Shown here in pieces: positions 34,923 to 44,663 of a DNA stretch of 64,000 nt. This stretch comes from Treponemataceae bacterium. GTDB lineage: Bacteria > Spirochaetota > Spirochaetia > Treponematales > Rectinemataceae. The notes under the pieces were generated by a model, which did no database searches, was not told the DNA's origin, and saw only the letters and a list, made by a program, of their open reading frames with translations. Positions within the stretch are counted from its first letter, which is position 1. Each line of letters starts with the position of its first letter. Position numbers and translations under genes: made by a program. The DNA is taken from positions 736,001 through 800,000 of the forward strand of contig CAXXHO010000005.1 of the NCBI GenBank assembly GCA_963667725.2. The letters run 5' to 3'.

Positions 34923-36728
34923 TCAGTTTTGCTCGCGCAGGACGAACGCCGCGAGGAGGCCTGCCAGAGCGGCGAGTCCGGCGGCCAGGATGATGCCGGT
35001 GGTTTGGGCCGGGGCCGGTTTCTTTTCCTCGTTCAGGACGCTCATGGTTATCGGGATGCCCGAGGCGGAGTCCGGACTCGCCGCCTTCCCGAGCAGCCTG
35101 ACCACGCCGAAATCGCGGGCCGCCAGGTAGGAAACCAGGGCCGCCTGCCTGGCCGGCAGGCCGACATAGGCGGCGGCGACAGCGTCCAGCGCCGCCTTGG
35201 CCACGGCGCTCGAGCCCGCTTCGTTCGTGGTATCGACGACTATCTTGATCAGGCTCGATTCCGCCTCATACAGGACCTCGGGCGCTTCGTGGAGCGTGGA
35301 GGAGGCCTTCGTGGCGGCGCCTTCGGCCGCCTTGAGCACCTTGGCGTCGTCGGAGGCTTTCGTTATCAAGCCCGCCGGCTCCGGCACGAGGGGGTCGTTA
35401 AAATAGGCGCTCACTTCGAGCCTGTGGTGTTCCGCGTCCGCGGCGGCGCCGGCGGCCGGCACGATCAGGGCGCCAAGCGCGAGAACGGCGATCGCCGTCA
35501 TTCCGATTATCACGCGCCGGCTTTTCTTCTTTTTCTCTTCGCCCATGGTCACGCTCCTTGTCGCCGCGATGTCCTCGTCGGCCTTATGTTCTTTCGCTAG
35601 AAGGCAAATGCCCAGGAAATAGCCGAGAAAGCGCAGGCCTCCCGGGTTTATCGTGTCGGAAGCTATCAGAAAGATGAACGCTATGAACGCGAGGTCGAAA
35701 AAGTCGGGTTTCCTGCCCAGGGCCAGGGTTCTGGCCGCGAACATCGCTATGAAGCCGGCCAGGGCGAAGAGTCCGTTTTCGAAGAGCATCGTCAGGTGGG
35801 AGTTGTGCCCTCCAAGGCCCTCCGTCTTAAAGCTCTGGAAGATCATTGTCCCTTCGAGGCTGTTCCCTAGAATTCGTATGTTGTCCGCTTCCTCCGTATA
35901 GCCCCAGCCGAAGATAGGTCGTTCGGCGGCCATCGCCGTATAGCCTCGCCAGAGGTCGAGCCGTCCCGTGAGGATGTCGTTGACGCGCTCTGGCCCCGCC
36001 GCCACGATGAGGAGAAGGGCTATGATCGAGGCGGCATAGAGAACCGTGGAAAGGGTTTTTATATGGATTTTGCCCTTGAGCGCGACGATGAGGGAGATGA
36101 AGGCGAAGGCGATGGGACCCACGCGCCAGCCGCCTGCCAAGGAAAGGATGACGAGAAAGATTTCTCCCAGGGCAAAGGCTCCCAGCCTGAAGAGCCATGC
36201 TTTCTTTCCCCTTTGTCGGTCGGCCGCGATGGTCGCGTAGAGGGGAAGCCAGAGGGAGAGAAGCCCCGGCGTGTTGCGATGCATGACTTCCCCGAGCGAG
36301 AGGGGCCAACCTAGTCTGTAGCGGACATTGAACCAGTAAAAGGTCATGGCCACGGCGGTGGCGCCCAGCGCCTTGGCGAAGATGTCCTCGACCTTCCTCC
36401 GGGGATATGCCTGGAGAAGAGCCGCGCTTCCCGCGAGTATGAAGACGCGCGATCCGGACTTGGCGAAGGCCTTGAAGCTTCCGTCGCCAAGGGCGAGCGC
36501 GACGAGATCCTTGAGGGCTATGGCCGCGAAGAATCCCATGACGAGGAGGGCCCAGCGCGAGGTGAGGACTTCCCGCCAGTTCAGGGCGAGGTACCAGGCC
36601 GAGATGGCCAGGATCAGGGCGGTTCCGATGCCGTTCCAGTAGCTGAAGACGAAGGCCATGGGAAGAATAAAGGGCAGGCAGAGGGCCGAGGTTTCCAGGA
36701 GCTTCGGCTTGAGCGATTCCAGTCTCAT
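34923..36728 (-). CDS. O-antigen ligase/polymerase (Wzy_C-like), in frame with a second two-TM protein (34923-35546)
   Basis: Multi-TM with TGRLDLW...PIFGWG...HN..L..L.E.G; internal AAGGAG + ATG at 35546. Confidence 0.8.
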   Translation of the reverse strand: MRLESLKPKLLETSALCLPFILPMAFVFSYWNGIGTALILAISAWYLALNWREVLTSRWALLVMGFFAAIALKDLVALALGDGSFKAFAKSGSRVFILAGSAALLQAYPRRKVEDIFAKALGATAVAMTFYWFNVRYRLGWPLSLGEVMHRNTPGLLSLWLPLYATIAADRQRGKKAWLFRLGAFALGEIFLVILSLAGGWRVGPIAFAFISLIVALKGKIHIKTLSTVLYAASIIALLLIVAAGPERVNDILTGRLDLWRGYTAMAAERPIFGWGYTEEADNIRILGNSLEGTMIFQSFKTEGLGGHNSHLTMLFENGLFALAGFIAMFAARTLALGRKPDFFDLAFIAFIFLIASDTINPGGLRFLGYFLGICLLAKEHKADEDIAATRSVTMGEEKKKKSRRVIIGMTAIAVLALGALIVPAAGAAADAEHHRLEVSAYFNDPLVPEPAGLITKASDDAKVLKAAEGAATKASSTLHEAPEVLYEAESSLIKIVVDTTNEAGSSAVAKAALDAVAAAYVGLPARQAALVSYLAARDFGVVRLLGKAASPDSASGIPITMSVLNEEKKPAPAQTTGIILAAGLAALAGLLAAFVLREQN

Positions 36729-37642
36729 GGTTTCTCCCTGGCGGCTTTTCCCAGCTTCCTCGTGTCCATGATTTTGGCCGCCCAGCCGAGGGGCGCGGCC
36801 AGGATGGCGAGGGGGCGGCGTCGGGGACTGAGTTCGCGCAGGGCGGCGCCGAAGGCTTTCGCGTGGAAGGCGAAGCGGCCGAAGTTGATCGCCTCGCGGA
36901 TGGTGGCCTTCGCGGGCAGGTCGAGTTCAAGTTTTTCCCTGTAGAAGAGTCTCGTGCCCAGTGGATTCCCCACTCTCAGGGCAAGGCTCGCGGCCGAGAG
37001 TCCGCCGGGCAGGTAGTCGGCTTCGTAGATCACCTTGTCGAGCAGGAAAAGTTTCCATCCCGCGCGCGCTATCCTGTTCCAGACCACGGCTTCGCTCATG
37101 AAGCGCTCCCCTTCGAACTCGGGAAAGAGGAAGGCACGCAGGACTTCCGTCCTGAACACCTCGGCCTTGTCGGCCTTGATGCCGTATCGGTAGCGCAGCT
37201 CGATCGAGTCGGCCAGCGCGACGCCTTCCGGAAAATCGCCGGTTATGGGGCTTCCGTCTCCGTGGGCTTTCAGGCCGACGATGCCGCCGCAGTTGGCGTT
37301 TCCTTCGCAACGTGGGACGGCCGAGGCTATGGAAGCGAGGGCATGAGGCGGGAGTCTGTCGTCCGAGTCCACCACGAAGGTCCAGTCGCCCGAGACCAGT
37401 TCCATGCCACTATTCAGCGCCCGGTGTTTTCCCCCGTTGGGGAGGCTGAGCGTGACGAGTCTGTAGGCGGTCCGGCCTTTCCAGGATTCTAGAAGGGCGG
37501 CCGTGCCGTCGCTCGAGCCGTCGTCCACGACGATCCATTCGAAGTCCGCGCGGTTCTGCGCGTCCAGTGAGGCTTTGAGGGCTGGCAGCCTGTCCGCCCT
37601 GTTATAGGCCGGGGTCAGCACGCTTATGAGGGGTTTCGGCAT
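36725..37642 (-). CDS. Glycosyltransferase family 2
   Basis: SVLTPAYNR, VVDDGSSDGT, VDSDD. Confidence 0.93.
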   Translation of the reverse strand: MPKPLISVLTPAYNRADRLPALKASLDAQNRADFEWIVVDDGSSDGTAALLESWKGRTAYRLVTLSLPNGGKHRALNSGMELVSGDWTFVVDSDDRLPPHALASIASAVPRCEGNANCGGIVGLKAHGDGSPITGDFPEGVALADSIELRYRYGIKADKAEVFRTEVLRAFLFPEFEGERFMSEAVVWNRIARAGWKLFLLDKVIYEADYLPGGLSAASLALRVGNPLGTRLFYREKLELDLPAKATIREAINFGRFAFHAKAFGAALRELSPRRRPLAILAAPLGWAAKIMDTRKLGKAAREKP

Positions 37643-37646
37643 TTCG

Positions 37647-39200
37647 TCATCTCCTTTCCGTGTCGAGCCGGAGCGAGGCGCCGAGAGTGAGGGTCAGAAG
37701 GGGTTTCGTGTTTCCTTTCACGGGCGCGTAGATCCATATGCCGGAATCGGCGGGCGCGACGCTGGTTTCCGACGAGGCAATTTCGGGCGCCCTGAGTTCG
37801 AGGGCGTCGAAGGCGATACCGCCCGCGACGCTGCCGTAGAACGTCCAGGCGCCGCGCTTCCAGTCGGCGTCGAGGCTGAGCATGAAGCGTTTTTCGAGCA
37901 CGGGATCGTCGAGCCAGTGGGTTCCGTCCTGAGGGTCCCTCAAAAGGTCGCCCCAGGCGTTGGCGGGGCTGTTGGAGCCGGCGAGGCGGAATTCGAAGGC
38001 GGCGCGCAGATCCAGGTCGCCGAAACCTTTCGCCCAATTCAGCCGCATGGCCAGGTTGTTCTGTCCGTAGAGGTAGCCGATCTGGTTGTCTTCTATGGCT
38101 ATGGCGCGCGACTGAAATCCCGCGGTTCCCGAGTCGATGTCGAAGCGGGTGTCAGGATAGTAGGTATAGCCATAGGCTGCCGTGCTCTGGGTTTCGGCGA
38201 GGGTCGCGTCGGTGAAGTCGCCTACCTGGCGCGGCTCGAAGGTATATCTGGTCGCCCCCGCCACGTGGAAGCCGAAGCTGCCGGCCCGGGTTTCGAGGCT
38301 TCCGCCGGCTGTGGCGGCCAGCTGCCATGGGTTGTTCACCCATTCGCCTATGCCGAAGGCGCCGAAATCGTCGACGAGGACCTGGGCGTCGGCGGCGAAT
38401 TCACCCGGCCGTCGCCAATCCCAGAAAATCCCCATGATGCTATTGTCGTCGTAGCCCGTCGACCAGGGCCGGCCGCCCTGCCCGCTTATGTACTGGATGA
38501 GATACTGGGGCACGGGGCTGAGGAAATATTCGGCGTCGAAATTGCGTCTCGCGTAGACGGCGATATCCTGGAAGCCGGCCCTCATTTCGCCGCCTGAGAA
38601 TTTGATGCCGTAGGTCTTGAGGTTGGCGCCCCTATCGGGGAATCCATCGAAGTCGGATTCGGGCCAGCCGTCGGTGTTCATCGAGGAGTCATGGTTGAGC
38701 GATATCCATCGCGTTTCGTAGAAGAATCTTTCGTCCTCGTAGCGCGCGCGCATGATGAAGGCCGAGAGACCGCGGCCGTTGACCGCGAGGGAATAGGGCG
38801 AATCTATTTCGTCGTAATGCCTGAATCGACCAACTTCAAAAATGAAGTTTCCAGGCTTAGCCCTGATGCCGCCTTCTTCCATCATCGCGTATATATCGCC
38901 CAACGTTCCCGTCGGCGTGTCGGCGAGGATGGGCGCGTATTTTCCGTCGGTCTGCGCCGAGGCTTCCGCCACGAGGCTGAAGATGCCCGCGTCGAACTGG
39001 ATCGCCGCCCCGAGGGAGGGAGAGAGTCCGCGGTCGAGGAATTCTTCCCCCAGGCTTCCCAGCCTTTCCGTGGCTTCGACCTTGACGGTAAAGCTTAATG
39101 ACGATGGCTGATCCCCGTCGGCCGCGAAAGCGGGCGCCGCGGTGGAGAGCGCCGCGAGGAGGACCAGGCCGAACAGTATCCACGTTCCGTTTTTCGTCAT
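37647..39200 (-). CDS. Putative outer-membrane beta-barrel protein
   Basis: Signal peptide (AFA-A), amphipathic beta strands, aromatic-rich. Confidence 0.6.
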   Translation of the reverse strand: MTKNGTWILFGLVLLAALSTAAPAFAADGDQPSSLSFTVKVEATERLGSLGEEFLDRGLSPSLGAAIQFDAGIFSLVAEASAQTDGKYAPILADTPTGTLGDIYAMMEEGGIRAKPGNFIFEVGRFRHYDEIDSPYSLAVNGRGLSAFIMRARYEDERFFYETRWISLNHDSSMNTDGWPESDFDGFPDRGANLKTYGIKFSGGEMRAGFQDIAVYARRNFDAEYFLSPVPQYLIQYISGQGGRPWSTGYDDNSIMGIFWDWRRPGEFAADAQVLVDDFGAFGIGEWVNNPWQLAATAGGSLETRAGSFGFHVAGATRYTFEPRQVGDFTDATLAETQSTAAYGYTYYPDTRFDIDSGTAGFQSRAIAIEDNQIGYLYGQNNLAMRLNWAKGFGDLDLRAAFEFRLAGSNSPANAWGDLLRDPQDGTHWLDDPVLEKRFMLSLDADWKRGAWTFYGSVAGGIAFDALELRAPEIASSETSVAPADSGIWIYAPVKGNTKPLLTLTLGASLRLDTERR

Positions 39201-39210
39201 TTTCATTTCC

Positions 39211-40866
39211 TTAAAAATGGAGGCCAAGGCCGAGCCAGCCTTCGATTTTGCCCGAGTCAAAGCTTCCGATTTGTATGAAATCGAGAAGGTCGTAGCCGAG
39301 CGAAAGCCTGTATATGAAGGATCGCGCGTAGCGAGGGAAGACGGCCAGCTCGAAGCCGGCGCAGAGGATCCCGTCGCTGCTGAGGGCGATCGCCTTGGTT
39401 GGATCGGCGCGGAGAATTCCCGCGTCGACGAAGGGGGTCGCGAGCACTTCGGCTTCCAGCTTGGACCAGGTGAAGAATTGGCCTTGCGCGAAGTTCAGGG
39501 GAAACTCGAGGTTGGCGATAAGGGCCAGGTCGCCGTAGCTCGCCGCCGCGATGCCCCGTACGTAGGTTCCCCAATCCACGTCGTCGTAGTTTCTCGTGTT
39601 GCCGAACATCGTCCAGCCGGCGTCCCAGCGGCCGCTCAGCCTGAAGTTGACGCCGAAAAGGTTCCTGAAGGCGAAAAACGCGGTGGAATCGAGGGTGAGG
39701 ATAATGTCCTGTTCCTTCACGGGATCGCTTTCCAGCCAATGGCGCGTGTAGCTTGCCGACAGGTTCGCCGAACTGCCCCGCCTGAAGCTGCCGATCCAGT
39801 CCACGGCCGAGTATCCGAGGCCCAGGCTGGCGCCCAGCGTGGGATCGAGGGGAGCGAGTCCGGGCAGCTCCATGTCGAAGGAGGCGCTCAGGCCCGGGTT
39901 CAGCGAGAGCGTCGCCCGCGAGGGAAGGCCGAGAAGGGGTATGGATCCGGCGAGGGAGAGGTCGTTCGTCAGGCTCTGCGCGATGGCGATGTTTTTCTGC
40001 GCTTGGTACCCGGCCGTGGCCGAAAAACTCCAGTCCTGGCCGCGGCCGAAGCGTCTGAGCGCCTTCACCGTGGCGTTCAGCGTCGGAAGCGTGTCGTCGA
40101 TGTCGTAGACGTAGGATAGTCCGGGACTGATCGTCCATGCCTTGTCGGGTTCGCCCGCCGGGTAGTCCGAGCCGATCGAGACGTTCACGGCGTCGAGGTC
40201 GATGTCGGATGGAGCGTCGTAGCGCAGTGAGCCGTCGAAGGACCAGGACCAGGTGTTGCCGAGCATGAAGGGATAAACGCCGAAGCTGGCGCCGAGGACG
40301 GTGCGATTCAACTCGAAGTATTCGTCCAGGTTTATGGTGAGGGCGTTGAGGGTTCCGAGAAAGTTGAAATCCTTGTAGCGCAGCGCGAGCTGGAATCCAT
40401 CGTCGACGCTGTATTTAGGGAAGGGAACGGCGAGGATCGTCCAGCTGTCCTTGGCCAGCACGACGATCCTGATGTCCGCGGGATCGGCGGGATCCTCGGG
40501 CTCCACGGGACAGCCCGGGGCTATCGGCTCGAAGCGCACCGTCGAGGAAAGGTCGAATATCGTATTGCTCCGGAGGAGGCGTTCCTTCGTTATGACATAG
40601 TCTTCGAGCTCGCGGGGGGACGCGAATTCCTTGCCGACGCGTATGTCCAGATACGCGCGCAGGGCGGACTCCATGGTGTGGCCCTCTATCTCAAATCGCA
40701 CCTCGGCGATGCGGAATCGCCCGAATCCGGGCGACAAAGGCAGGCCGGGCTGGGCAAGTGCCGAAGGTTGGGCAGACAGGGCTCCCGCCGCGGCGCTCAG
40801 GATGAGGATCAGCAGCGATAATTTCCATCTATGTCCAAGGCTAAGGGCCTTTTTCGTCATCGTCAT
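39211..40866 (-). CDS. Putative Omp85-like outer-membrane protein with POTRA-like N-terminus
   Basis: Signal peptide, IAEVRFEIEG.T, DSWTILAVPFPKY, PFVDAG, terminal LGLHF. Confidence 0.65.
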   Translation of the reverse strand: MTMTKKALSLGHRWKLSLLILILSAAAGALSAQPSALAQPGLPLSPGFGRFRIAEVRFEIEGHTMESALRAYLDIRVGKEFASPRELEDYVITKERLLRSNTIFDLSSTVRFEPIAPGCPVEPEDPADPADIRIVVLAKDSWTILAVPFPKYSVDDGFQLALRYKDFNFLGTLNALTINLDEYFELNRTVLGASFGVYPFMLGNTWSWSFDGSLRYDAPSDIDLDAVNVSIGSDYPAGEPDKAWTISPGLSYVYDIDDTLPTLNATVKALRRFGRGQDWSFSATAGYQAQKNIAIAQSLTNDLSLAGSIPLLGLPSRATLSLNPGLSASFDMELPGLAPLDPTLGASLGLGYSAVDWIGSFRRGSSANLSASYTRHWLESDPVKEQDIILTLDSTAFFAFRNLFGVNFRLSGRWDAGWTMFGNTRNYDDVDWGTYVRGIAAASYGDLALIANLEFPLNFAQGQFFTWSKLEAEVLATPFVDAGILRADPTKAIALSSDGILCAGFELAVFPRYARSFIYRLSLGYDLLDFIQIGSFDSGKIEGWLGLGLHF

Positions 40867-40884
40867 TTCCTTATTCGCGGGCAC

Positions 40885-42003
40885 TCAGCGCTGGTCCCGG
40901 ATTCTGTCGTAGAGCGCGCCATAGCGTTCCACCATCAGCGCGGCCGAATATTCCCTCTGCCATGCCAGGCGCGCCTCCTTGCCCGCTTCTTCCCTGAATC
41001 TATGGTTGGAGGCGAGATCGGCGATGGCGTCGGCGAAGGCGATCACCTCATTCCTAACGATATAGCCGTAGGGAGTCTTGACGGTCCTTTCGGGCAAGGC
41101 GCGCTCGGGGTCTATGGCCGTAAGGCCTAACAGCTCCGGTATTCCGCCGACGCCTGAAGCCACGACAGGAAGGCCAGCCGAAAACGCCTCGAGCAAGGAC
41201 ACGGGCATTCCCTCGTGTTCGGAGGCGAGGAGGAATATGTCGGCCAGTCCCAGGTAAGCCGTGGCATTGGGCAGGGCGCCCATCGCGTTGAAGTTGGGGG
41301 GATCCTGCGGCGTCGGAAGGCCGCCGATCCAGAATATTTCCACATATCCTTCCAGCATCCTCGCCGCGACCCGCAGGATGTCGACGCGTTTGGGCGGCGC
41401 GTCGCGCGCGACGGCCAGGGCGATCGTCATTCCTTTGGAACGGGCGGCCCTCATGGCCTTGGCTGCCGGGTTGCCGAGCTTCAGGCTCCCCGAGGACTCC
41501 CCGACGCCGTTGGGTATATAGAGCGCCTCGTAGCCGTCCCGGTTCATAGCGTCGCGGTCGCGCCTCGATACGGCCACGACAGCCCCGCAGCGCTTTCTCA
41601 GGGCCTTGTCGATATGGAGAAGTTTTCGGTTCGCCGTTTTCAGCTGATCGTAGCCATGCATCGTGTAGACAATTCTTCGCCGGTCGATTCCGCCCGCGAG
41701 CCGCCCGAGGGCTGCCGCCTTGGAGGTATGGAGATGAAGGATGTCGGGCTTCCAGGAAGCGCAGAGGCGGGATATTTCGCCCAGGGCACGCAGGTCGCGA
41801 GCGGGGGAAATGGATCGCCTGAGGTTCGGCAGGAGAATGCGTTCAATCGCGGGATCGAGGTTGGCCCATGCTTCCCCGTTTCCTTCGGGGCCGTAGGCGA
41901 GGGCCACCTCGTGCCCCGCCGAGCTGGCGCCCCCGGCGAGGATCGAGGCGATGGTCTGCCCGCCTCCGGGCTCCGATCGGGTTATGAGGTGCAGTATTCT
42001 CAT
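40885..42003 (-). CDS. Glycosyltransferase family 4
   Basis: ILHLIT..GG, SEHEGMPVSLLEAFSAGLPVVASGVGGIPE. Confidence 0.93.
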   Translation of the reverse strand: MRILHLITRSEPGGGQTIASILAGGASSAGHEVALAYGPEGNGEAWANLDPAIERILLPNLRRSISPARDLRALGEISRLCASWKPDILHLHTSKAAALGRLAGGIDRRRIVYTMHGYDQLKTANRKLLHIDKALRKRCGAVVAVSRRDRDAMNRDGYEALYIPNGVGESSGSLKLGNPAAKAMRAARSKGMTIALAVARDAPPKRVDILRVAARMLEGYVEIFWIGGLPTPQDPPNFNAMGALPNATAYLGLADIFLLASEHEGMPVSLLEAFSAGLPVVASGVGGIPELLGLTAIDPERALPERTVKTPYGYIVRNEVIAFADAIADLASNHRFREEAGKEARLAWQREYSAALMVERYGALYDRIRDQR

Positions 42004-44663
42004 TTTTGGGATTCCCTAAGGCGGCCGTAAAGCTCAGCGTAGACGGCGACGGTAGCCTCGATGGAATATCCGGCCGCGCGCGCCTTCCCCGCCTCGACGG
42101 TTGTCTTTCTGGCATCGGGCTCCTCGAGTTCCAGGATTCGCCGAGCCGCCGCCGTCCACTCGCCCGCCGGAAAAAGAAGCCCCGCCCCCGCCACCAGCGG
42201 CCCCAGCCCCGGGACGTCGGCGGCGGCCACGGGCAGCCCCGCGGCCATGGCCTCGAGCGCCGCTATGCCGAAACCTTCCTTGCGCGAGGTCTGCAGGTAC
42301 ATCTCGCAGGCGGCGAGAATTTCAGGCACGTCGTTCCTGGATCCCGTGAAGAGGCAGCGCTCCGCCACGCCCAGGGTCTTCGCGAGCCTCTCCATGCCGG
42401 GCTTTTCGCCGCCGTCGCCCACGAGGACGAGGGCGTGATCTTCGGGCAGGCTCGCGAGGGCGCGGATCGCCGTCTCGTGATCCTTAGTCGGCACGAAGCG
42501 CGCGACCATGACGATGCCGCGTCGGCCAGCCAGCCAGGCGGCCACGTCGGCGGCGGGAGCGCGCGCCGAGGCGAAGCGATCGAGGGGCACGCCGTTCGGC
42601 GCCACGGAAATCCCGCTTCCGCCCAGGCCGAGCCAGTCGCCAAGCGCCTGGGCCACCGAGGGGCTGACGCAGACAATGCTGTCGTAGCGGCCGTAACACC
42701 ATTTTTCGAAACCGCGCAGGAGCGGCATGGCCATGCGCCTGTTTTCGCTCGCGTGTTCCGTGGTGACGAAACGGCGCCCGCGAGCGAAAACGCTCGCGAC
42801 GGCGCACCAGTGAAAGCTCGGTCCGAGATGGGAATGGACGATATCGGGATCGAAATCGCGAATTTTCTTCATGATACTGAACACTCTCAAGGGGGAAAAT
42901 GCCGGTTTCGCGCGCTTTCCGGCCTTCAGCACCGCAAAGTCCACCCTCACCCCGCCCGCCTCGAGTTCCCGGGCGAAGACGCAGGCCCTTCCATCCAGGG
43001 CCAGAACATGGCATTCGATGCCGCGCTCCTGGAGCCGGGGTAGGAGTTCGGTCAGAAGCTTTTCGGCGCCGCCGGCAGCCAGGGAGTTGATGACGTGGAG
43101 GACCCTGAGGGGCTCGCCGGCCCTGCCGGGCCTCCCGCTCGCTTCGCCGGGCGCCCCGTCGACAGCCCTGCCAGCCCGGCCATCCCCTCCGGACCCGCCG
43201 CGTCCCCGCCTCCCCAGCCTCGCTTTCAGGAAATCCAGAAGACGAAGCGTGGCGCTGTCTTTCAAGGCAAGGAGAAAAGCGGCATAGGCCAGGACGGCCA
43301 GGGCGATGGAAACGGCAAGCCTCGCCAGACCCGGCCGCATGAAAAGGCGGGGAAGCGAGGCGAATCCCGCGCTTCCGATGGCCCCGGCCAGATACCGCAG
43401 CGCGGCCCGCAGGTCCACCAGCGCTCTGAGATGCCTTCCTCCGCAGAGGAAGGCATGGACCAGGAGGACGGTGACCTCCCCGGCGAGCATCCCGATGGCA
43501 GCCCCCGTATGGCCGTAGGGGCCGACGAGGAAAGCGAGGACGATGGCCGTGACGGCGAGACCGGCGCCGAAGGAGAAGAGCATCGCCTTTTCCCTTCGCT
43601 TCGGGACGAGAATCTGCATCTGCAGGAAATTGGAGACGGTCACCACAGGAATCATGAAGGCCGCTATCCTCAACGAATCGGCCACGCCCAGGAACCTGGA
43701 GCCGGCGAAGACATAGCCCAGGTCGGCGGCCACGGCCCAGATCCCGAAGCCCGCGGGAAGGGAAAACATGAGGCTGTACGAGGAAGAGTGGCCGATGAGC
43801 CTCCCGAATTCCTCGGGATCGCTGTCGACGAGGGAGGATAGCCTCGGCATGAGGACGGCGCTCAGCGTCGTGGCGAGGGCTATCACCATCCTCACGAGGC
43901 GGATCGATATGGAATATAAGCCGGCGTCCCGGCCGCTCGAAAAAAGTCCGAGAAAGATGAGATCGAGATTCGTGTAGGCGACGATGGCGAACTGGAAGAG
44001 CGAGAATACCGCCATGGAGGCGAAATGCCGCGAAGGATGAGCCCCGGCGAAGAGGGGCGAGGCGATCCTCCGGGCGGCCCTCAGGTTTATGAAGGCGTTC
44101 GTCACCGAGGCCAGGGAAAAAAGGAGGGCGTAGACGATATAGTCTTCCTGCCGCCTGACGAAAAGGAAAAGCGAGACGACAAAGACGATTTTTATCGCCA
44201 GATTCCTCAATCCTATGAACCTGAAGCGCTCCACCCCCTGGAAGAACCACTCGATGTTCAGGGCGGCCGAGGGAATCGTCATGCCGAAGACCAGAAAGAG
44301 AAGCAGTTCGGACCTGTAAGCCGGGACAAGAAGGACGATGAGGACATAGAACAATGAGGAAAAAATCGCCGCGTACAAGCCGAGCAGGATGAGTTCGCCG
44401 GAAGTCCGCCTAAGGCCGAGCGGATCCGCTTTTGTCCTGGCGATGGCTCTCACGCCATAGACGGGCAGTCCCAGCAGCGCCGCCACGATGAAGTAGTTGC
44501 TGAGCGCGCCCGCTATGCCGAGCTGTCCCAGCTTTTCGGGACCCAGCACCCTCGCGATATAGGGATAGGTGAGGATGGGCACGAATACGTTGAGAAACCC
44601 CGACAGGCTGGCGAAGAGGAAGTTGCCGGGAACCGAGGGCGCGGCCGCCGTCCCTTCCCTCAT
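42000..44663 (-). CDS. Wzx-type flippase fused to GT4 glycosyltransferase
   Basis: N-terminal flippase (TYPYIARVLGP, EWFFQGVE), Gly/Arg linker, then VLHVINSLAAGGAE...EGFGIAALEAMAAGLP. Confidence 0.88.
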   Translation of the reverse strand: MREGTAAAPSVPGNFLFASLSGFLNVFVPILTYPYIARVLGPEKLGQLGIAGALSNYFIVAALLGLPVYGVRAIARTKADPLGLRRTSGELILLGLYAAIFSSLFYVLIVLLVPAYRSELLLFLVFGMTIPSAALNIEWFFQGVERFRFIGLRNLAIKIVFVVSLFLFVRRQEDYIVYALLFSLASVTNAFINLRAARRIASPLFAGAHPSRHFASMAVFSLFQFAIVAYTNLDLIFLGLFSSGRDAGLYSISIRLVRMVIALATTLSAVLMPRLSSLVDSDPEEFGRLIGHSSSYSLMFSLPAGFGIWAVAADLGYVFAGSRFLGVADSLRIAAFMIPVVTVSNFLQMQILVPKRREKAMLFSFGAGLAVTAIVLAFLVGPYGHTGAAIGMLAGEVTVLLVHAFLCGGRHLRALVDLRAALRYLAGAIGSAGFASLPRLFMRPGLARLAVSIALAVLAYAAFLLALKDSATLRLLDFLKARLGRRGRGGSGGDGRAGRAVDGAPGEASGRPGRAGEPLRVLHVINSLAAGGAEKLLTELLPRLQERGIECHVLALDGRACVFARELEAGGVRVDFAVLKAGKRAKPAFSPLRVFSIMKKIRDFDPDIVHSHLGPSFHWCAVASVFARGRRFVTTEHASENRRMAMPLLRGFEKWCYGRYDSIVCVSPSVAQALGDWLGLGGSGISVAPNGVPLDRFASARAPAADVAAWLAGRRGIVMVARFVPTKDHETAIRALASLPEDHALVLVGDGGEKPGMERLAKTLGVAERCLFTGSRNDVPEILAACEMYLQTSRKEGFGIAALEAMAAGLPVAAADVPGLGPLVAGAGLLFPAGEWTAAARRILELEEPDARKTTVEAGKARAAGYSIEATVAVYAELYGRLRESQK

